Assembly: GCA_041661045.1 (NCBI GenBank)
Contig: JBAZVE010000001.1
Span: 720,001 to 752,000, forward strand
Length of the DNA: 32,000 nt
Origin: Candidatus Saccharimonadota bacterium
GTDB lineage: Bacteria > Patescibacteriota > Gracilibacteria > UBA1369 > 2-02-FULL-48-14
Direction: 5' to 3'
The notes beneath the pieces were generated by a model, which was not told where the DNA came from, did not search any database, and saw only the letters and a program-made list of their open reading frames with translations. Below, one piece after another: positions 17,841 through 25,322 of the stretch. How positions within the stretch are numbered: the first letter of the stretch is position 1; each line of letters begins with the position of its first letter. The position numbers and the translations under genes are program-made.

Positions 17841-18041
17841 TTAAGAGTTTAAAGTGTTGCGTGCGGCGGCTGCGGCACGGTTTTGTTCTGTGATGAGGTC
17901 ACGGCCACTTAGCTTGCTTTCCATACGAACCCGACGAATTGCTGTGCGGACTTCTGGAGGAAGAGATACGCGACCTTGTCTTAGAATAATGGGAGAGGGG
18001 GTTTGATCTGGGTCTTCCAGAGCTTCTTCTGAATGGGTCAT
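17841..18041 (-). CDS. Small protein (66 aa), possible ribbon-helix-helix (CopG/Arc-like) fold
   Basis: GRVSLPPEVRTAIRRVRMESKLSGRDLITEQNRAAAAA resembles the RHH pattern: a beta strand with alternating residues, helix 1, then an S/G-R-x-x-I helix 2. This is judged by eye only. Confidence 0.45.
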   Translation of the reverse strand: MTHSEEALEDPDQTPSPIILRQGRVSLPPEVRTAIRRVRMESKLSGRDLITEQNRAAAAARNTLNS

Positions 18042-18053
18042 ATTACTTGAGGT

Positions 18054-18086
18054 AAAAAATAAAAAATCCCCGCTTTGTGGGCGAGG
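18054..18086 (-). terminator. Intrinsic terminator (minus strand): CCTCGC-CCACAAA-GCGGGG followed by ATTTTTTATTTTTT
   Basis: A 6-bp GC stem (one U.G wobble) with a 7-nt loop and a long U tract. Its sequence is related to the terminator at 2292-2324. Confidence 0.55.
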
Positions 18087-18217
18087 AGTGAGGTTTAATG
18101 TTGAGAATCAAACCCTATAGAACTCCTCGCTTTGCCCAAATTACAAAGCAATACTTTGTAAGGTGAGTGAGGCGAAGTGTTGTTGCGGATTGATTCATAA
18201 ATTTGAAAACAAACCCC

Positions 18218-18246
18218 ACAATACAGAACAAGATTTAGTTTGTCAA
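18218..18246 (-). promoter_or_regulatory. Sigma-70-like promoter TTGACA-N17-TATTGT (minus strand)
   Basis: A perfect -35 at 18246-18241, 18 nt after the TPR gene stop, and a -10 at 18223-18218. Confidence 0.4.
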
Positions 18247-18263
18247 AGTGCTTTTTTTAGCAC

Positions 18264-18851
18264 CTATTTCTGCTCTTTGAGCTTCTTGAATTCGTGTCGG
18301 AAGAATTTCGCGGTTTCGAGGCAGTCTTTTGCCTTTTCGTTGTTGGGTTCCAGTTGTAGGGCGGTTTCTAACAGGGCGATGGTGGTTTCGAATTGGCGGT
18401 CATTGAGATAGCAGACGGCGAGATCACACATGATGAGGGTATCGCTGGGAGCCATGGCTTTTGCCCGTTCCAAGATCACGAGACCCCGTTTGCGGTCTCC
18501 ACCGTGGAAGATGGACCAGCCGAGGCAGCGCAAAATTTCCGGATGGTGGGGTTGAACTTGATTGGCGAGTTCCAAAGTTTCGATGGATTTTCCGAAATCT
18601 CCCAAAGAAGAATAAAGGAATCCGAGCAAATAGAGAGCGTTTGGACTCTTGGGTTTGAGTTTGAGGGCATGTTTAAGCGCCTTCATGGATTTATCGTATT
18701 CTCGTAAGCTGAGGTAGTTGTCTCCGATTTCCTCGTAAGCCTCTACAAACTCAAGATCCATGAGGATCATCTTGTTTGCCAGCTGGATGGCTTCTTCGTG
18801 TTTTCCAGAGAGCTTGAGGCTATCCGCCTGTTTGAGGAGATCGTCGTACAT
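18264..18851 (-). CDS. Tetratricopeptide repeat (TPR) protein
   Basis: 195 aa built from about five 34-aa units with the TPR signature (A..Y..LG..Y...G.....A...A..L.P). Confidence 0.85.
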   Translation of the reverse strand: MYDDLLKQADSLKLSGKHEEAIQLANKMILMDLEFVEAYEEIGDNYLSLREYDKSMKALKHALKLKPKSPNALYLLGFLYSSLGDFGKSIETLELANQVQPHHPEILRCLGWSIFHGGDRKRGLVILERAKAMAPSDTLIMCDLAVCYLNDRQFETTIALLETALQLEPNNEKAKDCLETAKFFRHEFKKLKEQK

Positions 18852-18944
18852 TTGTTTTTGTTTTTATGTATCTTGTCATTATAGCAAAAAATCCGAGTTT
18901 CTTCAAGCCGGGTAGACTTGTTAAACGGAATAATTGTGGTGAAT

Positions 18945-19787
18945 TCACGGCTCGAGGTCGGGGGTCTTTTTTGCGAAGGCAATATTGGCTTCCAGAAGCC
19001 CTTGTGGGGTGCCGGTGTCGTAGCGAGTTCCCTCCACTTCCAGGGCAAAAATGGCTTCTCCTTGCGCCAAAAGTGTCATCAGACCGTCGATGAGGCGAAT
19101 TTCCCCGTCCGGATGGCTGGATTGGCTCTTGCTCAGGGCCTTAAGGACTTCCGGTGTACAGATGTATTTCCCAATGATGCCCAGGTTGGAGGGGGCCTCT
19201 TCGGGGCTTGGTTTTTCCACCAAACCTTTCACTTCTATAATGCGGCCTTCTGTTTTACCCGGGGCAATGACTCCATACGCACTGATTCGTTCTTTGGGCA
19301 CGCGCTCGGTGCAGAGCACAGAAGTTCCCTTTTCCTTATATACGGTGAGAAGTTGGGCAAGCGCCGGTACCGGGGCATCGATGATGTCGTCGCCAAAAAG
19401 CACGGCAAAAGGCTCGTCTCCAATCAGATCTTTGGCACAGAGCAGGGCGTGACCGTCTCCGTTCGGTTCATTTTGTCTCACAAACACAAATTGGGCGGAT
19501 TTCTCTATTTTCTGCACTTCCGCCAAGAGATCTTGCTTCCCCCGTTTAAGGAGTTCATGTTCCAGTTCATAGGAAGGGTCGAAATGCTCTTCGATGGCGC
19601 GTTTTCCGATTCCCGTTACAATAATGATTTCTTCGATCCCGCTGGCCACCGCTTCTTCGGCCAAATACTGGATGACCGGTTTATTGAGAATGGGGAGCAT
19701 GGCTTTGGGGATCACTTTGGTCATGGGCAAAAAACGGGTCCCAAGGCCCGCTGCTAAAATGACGGCTTTTCGAACAGGTTTATTCAT
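18945..19787 (-). CDS. galU: UTP--glucose-1-phosphate uridylyltransferase
   Basis: KAVILAAGLGTRFLPMTKVIPKAMLPI, plus VEKP and the LIDG block. With the start at ATG 19787, it overlaps the hsp20 stop by 8 nt. Confidence 0.9.
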   Translation of the reverse strand: MNKPVRKAVILAAGLGTRFLPMTKVIPKAMLPILNKPVIQYLAEEAVASGIEEIIIVTGIGKRAIEEHFDPSYELEHELLKRGKQDLLAEVQKIEKSAQFVFVRQNEPNGDGHALLCAKDLIGDEPFAVLFGDDIIDAPVPALAQLLTVYKEKGTSVLCTERVPKERISAYGVIAPGKTEGRIIEVKGLVEKPSPEEAPSNLGIIGKYICTPEVLKALSKSQSSHPDGEIRLIDGLMTLLAQGEAIFALEVEGTRYDTGTPQGLLEANIAFAKKTPDLEP

Positions 19788-20265
19788 GGGCACGGGCGTC
19801 GTCTTCTATATGAATGATTCGCGACTTAAAATCTTCCGTTTTTGGAATAGTGATGATGAGCATGTGTTCGTGGACCCTGGCATTGATGTTTTTTCGATCG
19901 ATGTGATCGGGGAGCACGATGGATCTGGAGAAAACTCCCCAGAAGAGCTCTTGGACCAAGGCATCTTTTTTAGGCATGTCCTCCACTTCTTTTCGTTCGC
20001 CTCGAATGGTGAGCACATCATCTTGAATGGATACCTTGATGTCGGGCTTCTCTACTCCTGCGATGGGACAAATGATGATCATTCGATCTTCTCGTTGCAA
20101 AATATCCACCGAAAGCTTCCCCTCTTGATTGGCTTCGCCCGCTCCTTTTGGACTTTGCTGAGGGCGTGCATTCAATTTGACCGGCACTTTATTTTTACCG
20201 AGGGCCCCGGCTGGAGCCTCCGTCTTGTTTGCGTACTTGAGTTGTCCAATCCCGACTTGGTTCAT
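19780..20265 (-). CDS. Hsp20/alpha-crystallin family small heat-shock protein
   Basis: Alpha-crystallin domain pattern: VDILQRED..., PDIKVSIQDDVLTIRGERK, F.RSIVLPDHIDRKNINARVHEHMLIITIPK. Confidence 0.88.
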   Translation of the reverse strand: MNQVGIGQLKYANKTEAPAGALGKNKVPVKLNARPQQSPKGAGEANQEGKLSVDILQREDRMIIICPIAGVEKPDIKVSIQDDVLTIRGERKEVEDMPKKDALVQELFWGVFSRSIVLPDHIDRKNINARVHEHMLIITIPKTEDFKSRIIHIEDDARAHE

Positions 20266-20314
20266 GAGAGCAGTTTAAAACCTTATTTAATAAAACGCCA
20301 GGGTTAAGGAGCCG

Positions 20315-22174
20315 TTAAGCCTTCTTTTTGGAATCCGCTCCACTGTGTTTCGCAGTGTCTTCAAAAATTTCAATGAATTCCTCACGGGTGAGGGTTTCTT
20401 TATCGATGAGGGTTTTGGCCACGCGCTCAAGGCCTTTTTTGTGTGTGGTGAGCGTTTCTTTGGCGGTTTTGTAGGCCTTTTGAACCAAGGCCTCCACTTC
20501 TTTATCGATTTGAGCGGCCACTTCTTCGGAATAGTTTTTGGTGTGTCCGTAGTCACGACCCAGGAAGACTTCATGGCTCTTTTCACCAAACACGGTGGGG
20601 CCGATTTTTGCGCTCATTCCATACTCGGTGACCATGCGGCGGGCGATGCTGCTGGCGCGTTCCAAATCGTTGGAGGGGCCTGTGGAGACCTGTCCATAGA
20701 TCATTTCTTCGGCCACGAATCCTCCAAGCAGGGAGGCCATTTCGTGTTCAAACTTTTGTTGAGTGACCATGTGTTTGTCTTCGTCCGGCATGAACCAAGT
20801 GGACCCCAGGGACATCCCACGAGAGATGATGGTGATTTTACGGAGTGGGTCGCAATCTTCCATCAAATGGCCCACGATGGCGTGACCGGTTTCGTGGTAA
20901 GCGGTGACTTCCTTTTCCTTTTTGGACAGCACATGGGATTTTCGCTCAGGCCCCATTTGTACTTTTTCAACGGACATTTCGATGTCGCGCTGAGTGACTT
21001 CTTTTTGATTTTTCTTGGCGGCCAAAATGGCGGCTTCGTTCATGAGGTTTTCCAGATCTGCTCCGGAGAAACCGGGCGTTTGTTTGGCGATGTGGCCCAG
21101 GTCCACGCTCTTGGCCAGGGGCTTGTTTTTGGAGTGCACTTTGAGGATTTCTTCGCGATCTTCCATGTTGGGGCTGTCCACCACCACGCGGCGGTCGAAA
21201 CGACCGGGACGGAGCAGGGCGGGATCCAAAACATCCGGACGGTTGGTCGCGGCCATCACAATGACATTGGTGTTGGTTTCAAAGCCATCCATCTCTGTGA
21301 GGATTTGATTGAGGGTCTGTTCTCGTTCATCGTGACCTCCGCCGAGTCCGGTTCCCCTTTGGCGGCCCACCGCGTCAATTTCATCAATAAAAATGATGCA
21401 GGGCGCATTCCGTTTTGCCTTTTTAAAGAGGTCCCGCACGCGGCTGGCTCCCACTCCCACAAACATTTCCACAAACTCGCTTCCACTGATATTAAAGAAA
21501 GGGACATCGGCTTCGCCGGCCACCGCTCGAGCGAGCAGGGTTTTACCGGTTCCCGGACCTCCCACCAGCATCACTCCTTTTGGAATTTTTGCGCCCATGG
21601 AGGTGTACTTGCTGGGGTTTTTTAAGAAATCCACAATTTCAACCAACTCTTCTTTGGCCTCTCGCACTCCGGCCACGGCATCAAAGGTTGTTTTCTCTTT
21701 TTCTTTATCGTGCAGTCGGGCGTTGGATTTACCAAACGACATGGCTTGGTTGTTGCTGCTGGCCGCTCCGCGCATCATAAAAAACAGAAAACCGATGATG
21801 AGCATGAATGGGATCACGGCGAGTCCAATATTCAGCCATACCCCCTTGCTTGAGGTGTCCACCACTTCGATTTCGAGCTTGCCCACAATGGTTTTATCCA
21901 CCTCTTGAAGCAGTTCGTTCACCGTTTCTCCCGCCTCTTTGTAGGCATATTTTTGAGTGCCATCGATCAAGGTGTAGTCCATTCGAGTGTCTCGAACTTC
22001 CACCGTTTCCACCGTTCCATTTTTAATGTCCTCCGTGAATTGGCTGATGGACACTTGTTCGCTGCTCTTTTGCTCGCCCGAATTCCACATGGAATAGACT
22101 GCGGAAATGAGCAGAGTGGCTACGAGCAAGGTCACTAAAGGATTGGGTCGTTTTCTTTGAAGAATATTTGCCAT
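20315..22174 (-). CDS. ftsH: ATP-dependent zinc metalloprotease FtsH
   Basis: Two TM helices, AAA Walker A GPGTGKT, Walker B IIFIDEID, the SRH region, and the HETGHAIV zinc site. Confidence 0.97.
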   Translation of the reverse strand: MANILQRKRPNPLVTLLVATLLISAVYSMWNSGEQKSSEQVSISQFTEDIKNGTVETVEVRDTRMDYTLIDGTQKYAYKEAGETVNELLQEVDKTIVGKLEIEVVDTSSKGVWLNIGLAVIPFMLIIGFLFFMMRGAASSNNQAMSFGKSNARLHDKEKEKTTFDAVAGVREAKEELVEIVDFLKNPSKYTSMGAKIPKGVMLVGGPGTGKTLLARAVAGEADVPFFNISGSEFVEMFVGVGASRVRDLFKKAKRNAPCIIFIDEIDAVGRQRGTGLGGGHDEREQTLNQILTEMDGFETNTNVIVMAATNRPDVLDPALLRPGRFDRRVVVDSPNMEDREEILKVHSKNKPLAKSVDLGHIAKQTPGFSGADLENLMNEAAILAAKKNQKEVTQRDIEMSVEKVQMGPERKSHVLSKKEKEVTAYHETGHAIVGHLMEDCDPLRKITIISRGMSLGSTWFMPDEDKHMVTQQKFEHEMASLLGGFVAEEMIYGQVSTGPSNDLERASSIARRMVTEYGMSAKIGPTVFGEKSHEVFLGRDYGHTKNYSEEVAAQIDKEVEALVQKAYKTAKETLTTHKKGLERVAKTLIDKETLTREEFIEIFEDTAKHSGADSKKKA

Positions 22175-22242
22175 GCGTGAGTTTTAAAAAGCTCGGCCAT
22201 TTTACGCTGTGCGGGGGCGCGAGTAAAGCTAGCTTGGAGTGC

Positions 22243-22656
22243 TCAGGGGGCGGTGACCGCGAGAACCTGCTCATGTACTACACTTAGGCTGTCCTCATCA
22301 AGTGGGCCATCCACATCCCCTCCCAATTCATCTTTTGTGGGTGAAATGAGCCGTAGGGCGAACAAGGCGGCTATCTCCTCTGAGAGGTCTGTCTTCTTGA
22401 ATTTCCTTTTTTCTCCCTCTGTTAATGGACATTGGTAACCGAATTGTACGCATGCTCTCAAAGCTCGATCGGTGAGGTCTTGCAGGGTTGGATTTTGTGG
22501 TGTTCTACTGAGTAGATCGGCGAGAGTGCGTAGTATTTCCCCAGCGATTTCCCTACTGTAGGATTCTCTACTTTCAAATGTATTAAGTTTTTCAGTAAGC
22601 CCCTCTAAATCTAGGTCTATCTCTTCCGCTGCAGCGTTTTCTTCGGGACCCTCCAT
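22243..22656 (-). CDS. Hypothetical acidic protein (137 aa)
   Basis: The ORF is divergent from the TGase-vWA gene across a 130-nt spacer. No motif recognised, and coding status rests on ORF length and placement only. Confidence 0.5.
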   Translation of the reverse strand: MEGPEENAAAEEIDLDLEGLTEKLNTFESRESYSREIAGEILRTLADLLSRTPQNPTLQDLTDRALRACVQFGYQCPLTEGEKRKFKKTDLSEEIAALFALRLISPTKDELGGDVDGPLDEDSLSVVHEQVLAVTAP

Positions 22657-22786
22657 GCTTGGGTGTGTTAAAGGATGGCATTAATAAAGACCTGAAGAGA
22701 GTGTATGTCAAGAGGCGAGGGGTTCAAATGTGCACAGTGCAGGTCAAACATTGGCATGATCAAGTAGTTTGTGCTAAAATGGAAGG

Positions 22787-25291
22787 ATGTCAAATTCGGA
22801 TTCCAGCACAGGAGTAGAAAGCACTTTAGCCGGTACCGAGGTCAAAGGTGCTAAAGAGCGTGCCCATGCACACATGGAAATAGCCCTAAGAAAGGCACTT
22901 CAAAAAGAAATGCTAGGGCTGATCACAGACGAGGAACGGGCAAAAGCATTCCGCCCGCATCGTTCAGACCCACTCTTGCCCAAAATCTTTAAATGGCGCG
23001 CTTACCATCGATTGAGAGGTGAGGGCCTCCCTTATGAAGCACCACAAAAAGCAGAATTTTCTCTACTGGAGCAGTTTGATGAAGCCTGTAAACAAGTGCT
23101 GATGACCGGCACGGCGCCGGAACTGCCAGCTGAACTCAAGGCATTGTGGGAAGGCGAAGGTGGGAACTCTGTGGCTGATCGACTGCAATGGGTCACTGGC
23201 AACTATCAACCCAGTCTTTTGCTCGAATTTTGCAGGGAAGTGGAGTCCGTACGAGAGCAAGTTAAACAACTGCAAAAAGCAAAAGCACCCAAGTTTAGCT
23301 ACCGGCCACAAACCGGCTTATCGGATGAAGAGCCCATCAAACCTGAAGACATCGAAGCCAAAGTTACGCCTTTTTACGGAGGCTACTATAGGCAATATGT
23401 TTGCAAGTGGGATCCGATTCAAAAACAGATCGTTCAAGAAGAAACGGACATTCACGAATTCCAAGTTGAGACCGACGAAGCACTCAAAAAATACCACTAT
23501 GAACTGTTGATTAAAAGGTCGGAGCCCATCGCACTGGAACTCCCTTATGATGCGATCCCATTGGTGGAATCTTTAGAACCTGCAACCCACCGTTTGTGTC
23601 GTTCCGAGTCGGGAACTTTTTACCTGGTGCCGAAGAGCCCAGCAGAGTTCGCCAAAGACCTTCCAAAAACCCTGAATTTTGATTTTGTACTCACCAATCT
23701 GCCGGAGAACAGACTCACAGATGGGCCAACGGATGAACCCGAAGTGCCAAGCACCACTTGGGATGAAGAAACCGCTTCATTCCTAAATACACTCCAAAGG
23801 CTACCGGGAGCCTCAGACACGCAAAAAATAAAACGGATCGAAGCTTTTGTACGAAAAAAATTCAAATATCCGGCGGATGTGAACGAACGAGACCAGATGA
23901 ATTCAAATTGCGCCAGTACGACAGATCATTTTAGAGCCCTTTGTGAAGGAGGCGTTGCCGATTGTTACTGGAGCAACCTCTTTGCCGGCGCTCTCGCACA
24001 AACCCTGGGTATCCATCACCGCTTGGTTGCCGGTCGTTTTGTCACCAAAGATCCGCGCTTTGATTTCGCGGCCCTGTCAGGCACGGGACACGCCTGGGGA
24101 GAATGGTGGAATGGGCAAGAATGGGTACGAATGGAGGCCACTCCCGCCAAAGAAAAAGACGATAGGCAAGAAGAGGAAGAAGGCGAGTCTCAGGAAGGGG
24201 ATTTTGGGGAGGCACAGGCTCCAGAGGAAGAAGCTCAGGAAGAACTGGAACTTGAAGAAATCCAAGGAATGTATAAAGATTTGCTCCAGCAAGCGGGCCG
24301 GATTGATCAAGCGCCAACGCCCGAAGTCCTATTCAAAGAAAAAGAAGGGATCTCGTTCCAAGAGTGGCAAAAAGTAGAACGATTCATCGAGGCGGTGAAC
24401 GCCACGCCGGTTTTGGCTGAGCACAGCATCGACGGCCGGGCCTCCACACTGGGAGAGCAGTGGAGAAAACTCTTTGACCTCCTCTTCAAACGAAGAAAAG
24501 TACCAAGACCCGCCTACCGAGGGCCGGTGAGGGCCAGCGAAGGAGATGAGCTCTACGATCCAACGATGGCGGTGATCGATGTTTTAAGTGGTGAAGAGGA
24601 CCCCATGGGCTTCAAACTCCCAAGTCTGAAAACAAGAGAACACATCGATATTTTGGCTTTCGAGGATGACGCGATCATGGATCTCACTACCTCCATGACG
24701 AGCGCGGGAGTGAGTGGAGCCTTGCCCGTGGAAGAGCAGAAAAAGATGATTCTGGCCGGCCTCTACAACCTTATGAAACTCAATGATCGACTCCATCTGG
24801 ATGCCAATCGTAGAGCCATGTGCCATCCGCTCACTTTGCGGAGTCACTTGCAAGCCTTCAAAGGTAAAGAAACGGTGGAACTCTTACACAATCCAAGCAA
24901 AGCTTTGGATAAAAAAGCGCTGGCTCGACTCTTCCAAGCATTGGATCAAACCCAAACTGGAGCTGGAGATCTATTGGGAGCCCTTCAAAATTATGAAGCC
25001 TCGCTCAAACCCGAAACTCTTCAAAAAATCAAAGACAAAAAACTCCTCAAAGTCCTCACCATTGTTTCCGATGGAGAAGTGGCGAATCAAGCGGAATGTG
25101 TACAAATAGTCGCTCAACTACGAGAAAAAGGCATCGTGGTGCAGGGAATTGGATTTGGAGCGCAAGCTCAGTCCATCCGTGTGCTCTGCCACGACGAGGC
25201 GCACAAAGATTCCGCAGTGGTCATTGAAGATGTGCGGCAGGCCTCGTTCACCCGTCATCGTCTTCTCGTTCAGCACTTGAGAAAACTCTGA
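22787..25291 (+). CDS. Large cytoplasmic protein: unknown N-terminal region, transglutaminase-like core, acidic linker, C-terminal vWA (MIDAS) domain
   Basis: TGase-like core: GVADCYWSNLFAGALAQTLGI (Cys393), GTGHAWGEWWNGQEWVRMEATP (His435, Glu450). vWA: AIMDLTTSM (DxTxS MIDAS, aa 632-636), QTGAGDLLGAL, LTIVSDGE, GIVVQGIGFG. No signal peptide or TM segment is visible. Confidence 0.8.
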   Translation: MSNSDSSTGVESTLAGTEVKGAKERAHAHMEIALRKALQKEMLGLITDEERAKAFRPHRSDPLLPKIFKWRAYHRLRGEGLPYEAPQKAEFSLLEQFDEACKQVLMTGTAPELPAELKALWEGEGGNSVADRLQWVTGNYQPSLLLEFCREVESVREQVKQLQKAKAPKFSYRPQTGLSDEEPIKPEDIEAKVTPFYGGYYRQYVCKWDPIQKQIVQEETDIHEFQVETDEALKKYHYELLIKRSEPIALELPYDAIPLVESLEPATHRLCRSESGTFYLVPKSPAEFAKDLPKTLNFDFVLTNLPENRLTDGPTDEPEVPSTTWDEETASFLNTLQRLPGASDTQKIKRIEAFVRKKFKYPADVNERDQMNSNCASTTDHFRALCEGGVADCYWSNLFAGALAQTLGIHHRLVAGRFVTKDPRFDFAALSGTGHAWGEWWNGQEWVRMEATPAKEKDDRQEEEEGESQEGDFGEAQAPEEEAQEELELEEIQGMYKDLLQQAGRIDQAPTPEVLFKEKEGISFQEWQKVERFIEAVNATPVLAEHSIDGRASTLGEQWRKLFDLLFKRRKVPRPAYRGPVRASEGDELYDPTMAVIDVLSGEEDPMGFKLPSLKTREHIDILAFEDDAIMDLTTSMTSAGVSGALPVEEQKKMILAGLYNLMKLNDRLHLDANRRAMCHPLTLRSHLQAFKGKETVELLHNPSKALDKKALARLFQALDQTQTGAGDLLGALQNYEASLKPETLQKIKDKKLLKVLTIVSDGEVANQAECVQIVAQLREKGIVVQGIGFGAQAQSIRVLCHDEAHKDSAVVIEDVRQASFTRHRLLVQHLRKL

Positions 25292-25322
25292 TTTTCAGGT
25301 AGAATAAAAGGAATACAAAACC

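Noticed and set aside
20345-21625. 426-aa plus-strand ORF antisense to ftsH. Similar long antisense ORFs occur at 1215-2192, 2674-3396, 6849-7616, 11728-12375, 18918-19757, 28187-28879 and 30532-31281.
   Set aside because: Each lies entirely inside a confidently identified gene on the other strand. Their compositions are low-complexity (G/H/F/R-rich) with no recognisable motifs. They are typical shadow ORFs.
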